Below, one piece after another: positions 11,080-22,489 of a stretch of DNA of 64,000 bases. The notes below the pieces were generated by a model that saw only the letters and a program-made list of their open reading frames with translations, made no database searches and was not told where the DNA came from. The stretch comes from Vicugna vicugna. Its lineage: Eukaryota. The stretch is from NCBI GenBank assembly GCA_013265495.1, contig MU058289.1, forward strand, positions 992,001 to 1,056,000, read 5' to 3'. The position numbers and the translations under genes were made by a program. The first letter of the stretch is position 1, and each line of letters starts with the position of its first letter.

Positions 11080-14000
11080 TTTAATGCTTTGTTGAGATAT
11101 AATTTTCATGCAATAATTGGTTGTACATTTTGATGTGTATAGTTTGATAAGTTTTTAAATATGTATACACTCAGGGAGTCGACACCATAATTATGATAAT
11201 GAACTTATCCATCACCCAGAAAGCTACCTCGTGCCCCTTTACTATTCGTTCTTGTCTTCCTCAGGAAACCATTAGCGACATCCCAAGGAAACCACTGATC
11301 TGTATTTTTTTCATTATATTTTCACTATATTTGTATTTTTTTCACTAAGCTTTGTCTTTCTCAGAATTTTATATAATTGGAATCATAAAGTATTTATATC
11401 TATTTTTGGTCTGTTTTCCTTCATATAGTATAATTGTCTTGAGAATCATCCATTCTATATGTATAAATAGCTCATTCCTTTCACTGAGTAGTGCTCTATT
11501 GAATGAATACCACAATTTTTATGCCTTTTTTTTAATTTAAAAAATCTTGTAAAATAAACATAACATAAAATTTAGTGTCTTAACCATCTTTCGGTTACAG
11601 TTCAGTGATATTAAGTACAGTCATATTGTGCAACCATCACCATCATTCATCTCCAGAGGTCTTTTCATCTTTCAAACCTGAAACTAAACCCATTAAACAA
11701 TAACTCTCTATTTCCCCTGCCCAAACCTCTGGAAACCACCATTCTACTTTCTATAAATGAATCTGACTACTCTAGGTACTTCATATAAATAGAGTCATAT
11801 ATTTGTCATTTTGTGACTGGCTTATTTCACTTAGTATAATGTCCTCAAGGTTAATCCATGTTACAGCATGTGTCAGAATTACCTTCCTTTTTAAGGCTGA
11901 ATAATATTCCATTGTTGTGTATATGCTATATTTTGCTTATTCATTCATCCCTCAAAGGATACTTGATTTACTTCCACCTTTTGGTTGTTGTGATTAATGC
12001 TGCTATGAACGTGAGTCTACAGGTGTCTTTTGAAACCTCACTAACACTTGTTTTTTTGAATAGTATCTATCCTAATAGGTAGGAAGCCATTTCTCATTGT
12101 CGTTTTGATTTGTAGTTCTCTAATGACTCATGATGGTGACTATCATTTCATGTGCTTATTGGTTATTTGTATATCTTCTTTAGGAAAATACCTATTCAAG
12201 TCATTTCCCCAGTTTTGAGTTGGCTTGTGTTTTGTTGTCATTGAGTTTTAGGATTTCTCTATATGCTGGATATTAATCTCTTATCAAATGTGTCATTTGC
12301 AGATAATTTCTCCCATTCTGTGGGTTGCCTTTTTACTTTGTTGATAGTATTTTCTGCTGTTGTTGGGTAAAGTATTATGTACAATTCTGTTAGACCTAAC
12401 TGGTTTATTCTGTTATTCAAGTTCTCTATTCTCTCTTTGATTTTTTCTTTCTTTTTTTTCCCCCCTGTTTGTTCTATCCATTATTGAGAGTTAGGTATTG
12501 AAGTCTCCAGCTATTGTAAAACTGTCTATTTAGTCCTTTAATTTTGTCCACTTTTGCTTCGTATATTTTCTTGGTCTATTATTAGGTGCATAAATGTTTA
12601 TAATTCTTATATCTTCTTGCTGTGTAGAACATTTTATTGCTAGATGAAAATGGCTTTCTTTGGCTCTTGTAACTTTTTTTTTTTAACAAAGTCAATTTTC
12701 TCTGCTATTAGTATAGCCACCCTTACTCTCTTTGGTTATTATTTTCATGGAATATGTTTTTCCATCCTTTTACTTTCAACCTGCTTATGTCTTTGCATCT
12801 AAAGTTAGCCTCTGTAGTCAGCATGTAGTTGGATCATTTTTTTAAAAAAATCCATTCTGTTAATCTCTGTCTTTTGATTGGAGAGTTTAATCCATTCACA
12901 TTTAAAGTAATTCCTGATAAGGATGGATTTACTTCTGTCATTTGCTATTTGTTTCCTAAATGCCTTGTAGCTTTTTTTGGTCCCCCATTTCCTGCACTAC
13001 TGTCTTCTTTTGTTTTTAATGTTTTTGATGTGAACTGTTTTAATTCCCTTCTCATTTCCTTTTGTATATATTCTATCTTCTTTGTGGTTACCATGGGGAT
13101 TACATTAAATATCCTAAAATGATAACAACTATAATTTGGATTTATACCAGCCTAACTTCAATAACATACAGAAACTCTGCTCCTTTGCAGTTCCATCCAC
13201 CCCCAACCCTTTCAGTTACTGATGTCACAAAATTACATCTTTATACATTGTATATCTAGAAACATAGACTGATAATTTTTAATGTATTGTTTCCTCAAAT
13301 AACATAGAAATTTTAAAATGGAGTTACAAACCAAAGTTACAACAATACTAGTTTAAAAAATTGCCCATGTATGTACCTTTACCAGAGATCTTTATTCCTT
13401 CATATGGCTTTGAGTTAGTCTAATGTCCTTTTATTTCAACTTGAAAGACTTCCTTCAGCATTTCTTGCTGGGCAGGTCTAGTGGTAACAAACTCCCTTAG
13501 CTTTTGTTTATCTGGGATTTCTTAATTTTCCTCTCCCTTTTGAAAGACAATTTTGCCAAATATAGGATTCTTGGTTTTTTCCTTCAGCACTTTGAACATA
13601 ATATGTCCACTGCTTTCTGGCCTTCAAGGTTTCTGATGAAAAATCTGTGGATAATCTTATTGAGTATCTTTTGAATGTGACAACTCACTTCTTGTTTCTT
13701 TCAAGATTCTTTGTCTCTGTTTTAGGGCATTTTGTGAGCTGTTTTGATTTGGGTCCCTTTGAGTTCATTCTTGGGGTTCATTGAGCCTTTGGGATGTTAG
13801 TATTCATATCTTTCATCAAAATTGGGAAGTTGTCAGTCATTAATTTTTCAGGCTATCTCTCTGCCCCTTTCTCTCTTCTGGGACTCCCACAATGTGCATG
13901 TTTTTCCTTTTGAAGGTGTTCCAGAGGTACTATATATTCTGTTCACTTTTCTTTAGATTTTTTTTTCTTTTTCAATTTTCCTATCTTGAAGTTCACTGAT

Positions 14001-15540
14001 TCTTCTGTTTTCTCAAATCTGCTTTTCAATCCCTCTAGCAGTTTTTTTTTCCAGTTATGGTAATTTTAGCTCCAGAATTTCTTTTTGGTTTCTTTTTATG
14101 CTTTCTCCCTCTTTTGAGATATTTCCATTTTGTCCATATATCATTTTCTTTACTTTCTCCATGTCCTACCTTAGTTCTTTGATTATCTACAAGACAGTTG
14201 TTTTAAAGTCTGTCTAGTAGATCTGCCACCAAGTGTTTTTAAGGGACAGTTTCTGGTGATTTATTATTTTTCCCTGGAATGGGCCATGCTTTCCTGTTTT
14301 TTTGTATGCTTTGTAATTTTTTGTTGAACAGTAGACATTTGAATGACTAACTTTGGAAATCAGATTCTTTACTTTCCCCAAGGTTTGCCATTTTTATTCA
14401 TTAAAAATTTAGTTGTTGTAGGCTATTTCTGCTGGTGATCAACCTTAGGTGTAAATTTAAGGTCTTCTCAGGCCTTTTCCATGCCTTTCCATGTACAGTG
14501 ACTTTCTAAGTTCCTCTGAATATGTGATTGCTTTGGAATGTCTTAGCCCTAAAAAGCTAGCTCCCAAAAGGAGAAAGGAGAAAAATGAAGCAGGGAATAT
14601 GTTCTGGTACCTTAAATCCTCTGGAAGTTGCTTCAGCTGAAGAGGGAGGGGCTTCCAAAAATGGGATGATGATTACACAATTGGCTGCCCACTTCTATGT
14701 CTTCACCTCTGCAATCAGAAGCAGCAATAGATCAGAGCACATATCCTCAGCATTTGGAGAGCAGCGTTTCACCCAGGTTCCCACCAACTGCATGCATGCT
14801 GTTCCAGGGACACATGCACAACAGCCTGCCACATGGCAAAGGTATGGGGGAGTGGGTAGCTACTACAGTGCTAAGGGCTGGAATTGACCAAAGTTAACTG
14901 CAATTTACTGCCTAAGCCTTCCTCTGAAGTTGTAAGCTTTTGAATAAACCACAGAGCTCCAAAACAGTTATATGAAGCACATTCTGTCAGTACAATTGTT
15001 GTCCATTTGGGGACATAAATTCCTGGTGCTTCCTGCTCTATTGTCCTCCCAGATTCTTTAGTCAAATGCACTGCAATTTTTTTAACCCTTCCTTCTACCA
15101 AATGACATTTGGATTTTTAGCTATTGCAAATGAAGCTACTATGACCATGAATTTACAGGTCTTCATGTGGGCCTATGCTTTTGTTTCTCTTGTTAATATG
15201 TAGGAGTGCAATGCCTTCATTATAGGGCAGCTGAATATTTCAAATTTTTGCAAATTGCCAAATTGCGTCCTAAAGTGGCTGTACCATATATGATTCATCC
15301 AGCACTGACTCCAAGTACCAGTTCTTCCATGTATTCACCAACAATTGCTATGCTCAGTGTTCTTAATGTTTGCGATACTAATAGGCATGTGCTAGTAGAA
15401 TCTCATTGTGGTTTACCTTGAATTTTCTCTAATGACTCATAATTTTGAGCATTTTTTATGTGTTTATTTTCCACTCATATATCTTCTGTGGCAAAATGTC
15501 CATATTTTTGGTCAATTGTAAAAATGAATATTGGTTGATT
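11080..15540 (-). mobile_element. Nested old L1 (L1M-type) fragments: 3' UTR/ORF2 end and ORF1/5' region
   Basis: Typical antisense L1 3'-end sequences start near 11080 and 11526 (GTGACTGGCTTATTTCACTTAG, TGCTGCTATGAAC). T-rich ORF1/endonuclease-region antisense sequence spans ~12350-15050, and the outer element resumes after ~15100. Confidence 0.75.
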
Positions 15541-15689
15541 TTTTATTTTCATTAACAGGAATATAATGAAACAGCAAAGAAATTCGTTGGAATGTCAGTC
15601 ATTTATCAATGGTGTCAGTAATTTATTTGCTTAATGGGGTAAAAATTTTTGAATACTGAAAGATTATTTTCTCACAATTCTGTGCTGTT

Positions 15690-15995
15690 CCCAGTGGAAA
15701 ACTACAAACACAATATATTTTTAAATTTAATCTGAGTTAGTCTCTACTTTCTTACATCTTCACAGCCAACGAAACAATAAACTAAGCTCTGAGTTGTAAT
15801 GTTTACCACACAACCAATTTCAAGCTGCGACACGATGTCTCTGAATGTGAAGCTGGGGAAAGCTGCACAGTAGCACACCCTTGTGTTCTGTTTCTACATA
15901 TAGATACATTAAATAAATATAATTAACCTCAAAGCACAGATAACAGTAAAATACAGTAAAATAATGAATGGTGAGTTTTGAGTATCTATTAGCTT
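15690..15995. mobile_element. Probable old hAT-type DNA transposon remnant
   Basis: Resembles recalled MER/hAT-Tip100-type consensus text (TTTCAAGCTG...GGGAAAGCTGCACAGTAGCACACC...GAGTTTTGAGTAT). The family is not certain. Confidence 0.35.
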
Positions 15996-16194
15996 AAAAA
16001 AAGCCCCACCCTTCCTCAAGTCTAAACTACACATATTTAATATGTATAATTTGATACATATTTATACCTATGAAATTTAAGGTTTCTTGAGCCCTTTCTT
16101 TGAGTCCTTCTGTACTCATCCATCTGCAGGAAACCACTGATCTGCTTTCTGTTGCTATGTATTTGTTTACATTTTTTTTCAAGAAAATTACATT

Positions 16195-16632
16195 AATCTG
16201 GGGGCAGTTTAGGTAGGCAGTTAGGGTTCAAGATTCCCTATGAAATTGCAGGCAAGCTGCCTACTGGGGCTGCAGTCCCTGAAGACTTGCCTGAGGCTGG
16301 AAGTTTCAGTTCCAAGCTCTTCCCCACCAGCTGTTGACAGGAAGGTTCAGCTCCTTGCCACATGGGTCTCTCCATAGGGATGATCATGATGGATTCTCTG
16401 AAATACAGCAAGATGGATTCTCCCAAATAAAGCAAGTGATTCAAGAGCAAGAAAGCGCACCCAAGAAGGAAACCGGTGTCTTTGATAACCAAAAATTGGC
16501 GGTGATTTGCCCTTACTTTTGCCATATTATTTGGTTCACATATGTCAATTCTGGTAAAATGAGAGAGGGCTGTACAAGAGTGAGGGTACTGAGAAGTAGG
16601 AAGTTGGGGGATCATCCTAGACCCCCCCAACA
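16195..16632 (-). mobile_element. MaLR LTR (MLT1F-like)
   Basis: Contains MLT1 motifs GGGGCTGCAGTC...GAAGACTTGCCTGAGGCTGGA and CCACATGGGTCTCTCCATAGG. Confidence 0.65.
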
Positions 16633-16639
16633 ATTGTAT

Positions 16640-17640
16640 ATTCTACCTTTTTTAACATTAATTTAAAAATATCAAACCTTGCATTTCTTGGATAAACTCT
16701 ACTTTTTCTTGATATGTTCTATTGTTGGATTTGATTTGCTAAATGTTTATTCCGGTTCTGCATCTATGTTAATGAAGGGTATTGGTCTATGCTTCTCCTG
16801 TAATACCTTTGTCTGGGTTTTGGTGTCACTGAAATGTTACCTTCACAGAGTAAGGTGAAAAGCAGTTCCTACTTTTCAATTTTTTGGGGTAGTTTGTGTA
16901 CAATTGGTATGGTTTCTTTAAATGTTTAGTAGAACCCACCACTGAAGCATTTATGCCTGAAGTTTGCTTTGTGTAAATGTCTGTAATTCCAAATTTAATT
17001 TCTTGAGGAGGTGTAGGACTCTACAGGTTATCTTTTCTTATGTGAACTTTAGTCATTTGTACCTTAAAGGAATTTTTCCATTAAATTTGTTATCCATTTG
17101 TTTGGTATAAATAGATTCAAAATTTCCACTTATTCCTTTTTCATATTTGTATAATCTATAGTGATGTCTCCTTTCTTATTCTTGGTATTGGCTAGAAGTT
17201 TATCTAGTTTATTATTCTTAAGGCTTTTGGTTTCACTGATTTTCTCTATAGTTTATTCAGTTTACTTCATTGATTTCCATTCAGATCTTTATTTCTTTTA
17301 CTTTCTTTGCTTTTCTCTTTTCCTCTATGTCCCTCCTCCCCAATTTTAGGAATATTTCCTGAACATTACCTTTCAACCTCTCTACTGAACACTTTAAAAA
17401 TATACATTCATTTTAATGTTCAATAATTCTTTTCATTCTTGTATTATTTTGAACAGAATCTTGTTATTTCATGGATGCAACGTATTCTCATATTCCCTGA
17501 CAATACTTAAAATTCAACGTTTTCTTCCCCTGCAGTTTTTACTCCATATTTCCTCTATTATTTACTTTTTCTTATTTTTCAAATATCCAGTGATCCATAG
17601 CTATCCATTTATATTTAAAAGTCCAGCAATGAACAATTGA
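16640..17640 (-). mobile_element. Old L1 ORF2 fragment
   Basis: T-rich antisense L1 ORF2 motifs (TGTTGGATTTGATTTGCTAA, AATGTTTAGTAGAA). Confidence 0.55.
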
Positions 17641-18099
17641 TTTGTAGCTCTGCTTCAAATTATGCCACAGTTATGATTTTTGCCATCATTTCATTGTGAT
17701 TATGCCAAATATCAGTATCCTTGGGCATATTTCAGGGGGTTCGATAGTTTCCTCAGAGAGGAAACACTGAAACACCATCCTAATGAGTCCTACAAAGTGG
17801 CAAAATGGAAAAGACAAATAGAGACATAAAAACTCATATGATAGTGTGGGTGGCCATCACGTTAGGGGAGAGGCTGGTGCTGTGAACATATTGGACTCAC
17901 TGCTATTGCCTGGTACAAGATGAACACTATGGAGCCCAAAACATAGTGCCAAAGAAGGAAAACAGAATTCATAGCGTGTGGTTATAAATTGATCAGAACC
18001 TATTGATAAGTCTCCATCATTATTCATATTTTTTTCTGATACATCTAGTCTTCCTTGGGCCAGTAATAGGCACAATGATATTTATCAGGAGATGGAAGA

Positions 18100-19370
18100 T
18101 TCATTTTTCACAAGGCTGTAAAGGCAATTCAATAGAGAAAGGATAATCTGTTCAACAATGCTGTTGGAACAACTGAATATTCACATGCAAAAAAATGAAC
18201 CTCAACCTGTAACCTCACATCTTACACAAAAGTTATTTCAAAATGGATCATGGATCTAAATGTAAACTGTGAAACTATAAAACACCAAATGCACTATCCA
18301 TAAAGTAAATGATAAGTTGGACTATATAAATGAATAACTTTACTCTACAAAAGACAATAAAGAGAATGAAATTGGATTGGGAAAGAAACTTTGCAAATCC
18401 AACAAAGAACTTATATCCAGAATATATAAAGAAATCTTCAAAACTCAACAGTACAAAAACGAACAACCCAGTTTTTAAAATGGCAAAACAATTTGAACAA
18501 ATACTTCACGAAACATATATGGATGTCAAATATGGGTGAACATCATTAGCCATTATGAGAATGCAAATTAAAACCACAATGAGATTCTACCTGACACCTA
18601 TTATAATGGCTGAAAACCAAAACAAACTGACAACACCAAGTGCTGGTGAGGATGTGTAAGAATAGAACCCTCGTACACTGATGGAGGAATGTCAAATGTT
18701 ACAGCCACTTTGGAAAAACAGCTTGGCAATTTCTTATAAAATTAAACACATTTAAAAAAAAAGAAAAAATGTTAAAAAAGGAAAAAAACCATATAATTAC
18801 CATATAACACTTCTATCCCTAGGTATTTACCTAAAGAAATGCAAATATTTTTTCACACAAATGTGGAAATGGTACCTTTATTCATGATTGTCAAAACCTG
18901 GAAATAACCCAAATTTCTATCATCTGGTGAAACACCATCCTAATGAGTCCTACAAAGTGGCAAAATGGAAAAGACAAATAGAGATTTTGGTTTAGATTTT
19001 GGTTTACCCACACAATGGAATACTACTGAAAAAAAGAACAACTGATAAGCACAACAAAATGGTTGAATCGTAAGTGCACTATACTAAATGAAAAAAGCCA
19101 GGAACAAAATTCTACCAACTATTTGCATGACATTCTTGAAACAACAGAAATATAGATCAGTTGTTGCCACGAGCTGGGGTTGGAGGAAGGTAATGGACTA
19201 CCCAGGGGTATGAGGGAAGTTTTTAGGGTGATAGAAACATTCTGTATCTTGATTGTGCTTATGGTTATGCAACTGCATGTATCTGTCAACAACCATGGAA
19301 CTGAACTGTACACCCAAAAGAGTGAATTTTACTGTATATAAATTATACCTCAGTAACCTCAAACTAAAAA
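18100..19370 (+). mobile_element. L1 (L1MB/MC-like) ORF2 3' end and 3' UTR
   Basis: Contains AAAATGGATCATGGATCTAAATGTAAA, ATGCAAATTAAAACCACAATGAGA, GTTACAGCCACTTTGGAAA and the 3' end GTGAATTTTACTGTATATAAATTATACCTC. Confidence 0.75.
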
Positions 19371-19439
19371 CCAGCATCATCAAGACAGATGTAAACATTC
19401 TTTAATAAACAGCAAAGTGAAAGCAGAAGTGTATGACAC

Positions 19440-20180
19440 ATATACGATGATCTTAGGAATGAAACAGGTATTAACATTTGAAAATCAATGTAAATCGCTG
19501 TATGAAGACAAAGAAGAACTGTATGATAATCTCAACTGATGAAGAAAAAATCAACTCACTTTAATGATAAAAGGGCAATCCTTCACTCTGATAAGCGGCG
19601 TCTACGAAAAATCAAAAGCTAACATTATACTTAATGGCTTAATGGTAAAGAACTAAATGTTTTCTCCCCAAGATTAGACAAAAGCCAAGATGTCCACTCT
19701 CATCCCTTCTATTCCACATTGTACTGGATGCTAGTGTCTTTATTCCCGAAGGACATGGTTTTGTATGTAGAAAATTCTAAGACGTCTACAAAAAGGCAAC
19801 TAAAACTCATAAACAAACTTAGTTACAGTAGTCAATATGCAGAAACATTATATACATATATAAACTGATAATTCAACAATAGCATTTATCATTAACACCA
19901 AGAATTACAACACACTTAAGAATAAGTTTAAAAAAAATGTAGGAAACCTGAACACTAAATATTACAAGACATTACTCAGAGAAATTAAAGACCTAAATAA
20001 AAGGAGACATATATGTTCATGGATTGGTGGACTCCACAGTGCTAAGATGTGAATTATGTCCATATTGATCTATAGATTCAATACAATCCACATTATAATC
20101 CTCAAATCCATTTTCCCTCATAGAAACTGACAAGCTGATTTAAAAATATATAAATGAAAAAATCTTCAACAAAGCCATTT
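19440..20180 (+). mobile_element. Old L1 ORF2 (RT region) fragment
   Basis: Contains degenerate RT-region motifs (GATGTCCACTCTCATCCCTTCTATTC, TGTTCATGGATTGG, GATCTATAGATTCAATACAATCC). Confidence 0.65.
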
Positions 20181-20804
20181 TGAGATGTATGGTAATCAAT
20201 ACTCCTGAAATGATCCTAGAATAAGTGAATGATCATTCCCTCTTTTAACAGCTTTATTAATCGCATACACTGTGACAATTATTGTATAGGTGGTAGGAAT
20301 AAAGAGGTGAGCAAAGTGAAATTCTGGCTTTTAATCCTGGTTTCCTGTAGGCATTATTTTTCTAGTTTTTAATTTGGTTTTTTAATTTGGTTATTTAAAA
20401 AGTTAATTTTCCAATTACAGCTCTGACCTCATGCCAAAAGTTGTTACATAGGCACCTTATTATGATTCTTTCCTCAATAGGCCATAATTTCAAATTTATA
20501 CTTACACACATTGGTCACTTGCCAAATGGAGATGTTACAAATATACCTATTCAGATCACTAACTGCAAAAAGGAGCTGTATGATGGAAAGTTCTGGCAGT
20601 GACTATCTTTGCCAATTACCAATTAGTACTACTAATTATGGGAAAATCTGGTATAATGTGTTTGCAAATATTTGCAGCCTTACCTTGAAAGTGTTCTCCA
20701 CAACCCAATGAAATCTTTTTAACTTTCAATACAGAAAAAAAAACCTAGGATAAAGGAACCAATTACACAGCAGTGTGAGGAAACAATTAAATACAGAATG
20801 CAAC

Positions 20805-21018
20805 GCATTCTGTAACACAACTTCCTTGGACTTTTCAAAAAATAAAAAACCAAGTGAAAAGGTGGGGCTCAAGAGTAAAAGATTAATATTTAGGGACAAA
20901 GTCTCCAGCTTACTCTCACATGCAGACATAGGCATTCTGTAACACAACTTCCTTGGACTTTTCAAAAAATATAATATTTAGGGACAAAGTCTCCAGCTTA
21001 CTCTCACATGCAGACATA
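20805..21018. repeat. Tandem duplication A-X-B-A-B
   Basis: 20805-20844 equals 20932-20971 (40 bp) and 20884-20930 equals 20972-21018 (47 bp). The 39-bp spacer X is absent from the second copy. Confidence 0.9.
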
Positions 21019-22057
21019 ACCATGTACAGATGGACAGAGGGGGAGACAGAGTGCAATAAATAAGGCAAATGATACCAAAGATGGTGGCAATTTTACTATT
21101 CCTTTTACTTTTCTCTACATTGAAATTTCCATTTTTAAAAAGTTGCGAAAGAAATTTCCAAGTGGACAGTTTATTTTTCCTATCTATTACCTATTATTAA
21201 TTTCCAACATATCTTTAATTTTGGACAAATAATGTGGATTAGAGGCTATTCTCAACAACTTCACATCCACTGAAAGGCTGGGCATATTTGATGAATTGTT
21301 TGATTCAACTTAAGAGATGAGTTCTAAATAAATATCCTCTCATTTTTCTTCCTTTCTACAAAGTTTTATGCAGGAAGATTTATCTAAAATTCTAAAATGG
21401 GTCCATGGCTAGAGGGACATTTCTAAATTAACTACACCTGTAGGGTCGTACTCTCAAAATTTCACTAGCAGTTAAAAAAAATAATGTAATAATAAAACTA
21501 ATAAACAGTGAACAGAGGTTTTCACAAGTTCATAGGTTCTGTCATCATCACCATTTTAAAACAATGCCCTGAGATGAAAAGTACAGTACCTGGTGTCACA
21601 CAGGTTTTCAGGTCAGAATGACAATGACGAGAGCTAACACGTGTCCCACAGCTAAAGGCTTTCCCAAATATATCACATTAATGGTTTTAAGAAATTCGGA
21701 TGAATTATCTGAAGTTTCAAATGCTTTAAAAGCAACTGGAAGGTTTTTTAAAGTCACTTACTCATCCAGTCATAGTAGACTATGTCACAAAATTTCATGC
21801 TATGAGCATTAATGCTTCCCACCTTTTTCTGAACCAGAGGGTGATGATATTCTGATACTGTAAACACAGGAATGATGAATGAACGCTTTCTCATGTTTCC
21901 TGAATTACATTATCAATTCTCTAATAAAAGAAAGGTGAGAATATTTTCTAAAGGCTGATCAACACATTTTATATTCAAAAGTTTCACCAGCATGAATTCT
22001 CTGACGTTGAACGATTGTTGAGCTATACAAAAAGGACTTTCCAAATTCCTTAAATTC

Positions 22058-22489
22058 TTAGGGTTTTATACACACATGGTTTCTCTGATGTGCTTTAAGG
22101 GCTGAACTGTATCTAAAGGCCTTCCCACATTTTTTGTATCTGAAGGGTTTCTCACCAGCGTGTATCCTCTGATGTTCAGTAAGGAATGAATTAAGTCTGA
22201 GGGTCTTCCCACATTCCTTACATTCAAAAGGCTTCTCACCTGTATGAACACTCTGATGTCCAATAAGCTGTCCATACACAGTAAAGGCTTTCCCACACTT
22301 GTTATATTCATAAGGTTTCTCACCAGTATGAATCTTCTGATGATGAATGAGGTAAGAGCCAGAACTAAAGGCCATCCCACGTTCCTTACACTCACAGGGC
22401 TTCTCACCAGTATGAATTCTCCCATGTTGTACAAGGTATGAGGCCCGACTGAAAGTTCTTCCACATTCCTTACATTCATAGGGTTTCAT
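22058..22489 (-). pseudogene. ZNF30: Five stranded C-terminal ZNF30 fingers, out of frame after a frameshift
   Basis: The tail of ORF 22058-23125 reads [21 protein letters not shown]...[18 protein letters not shown], homologous to the recalled human ZNF30 C-terminus. Three fingers have lost a Cys (CKERG, YNKCG, YKKCG). Confidence 0.85.
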
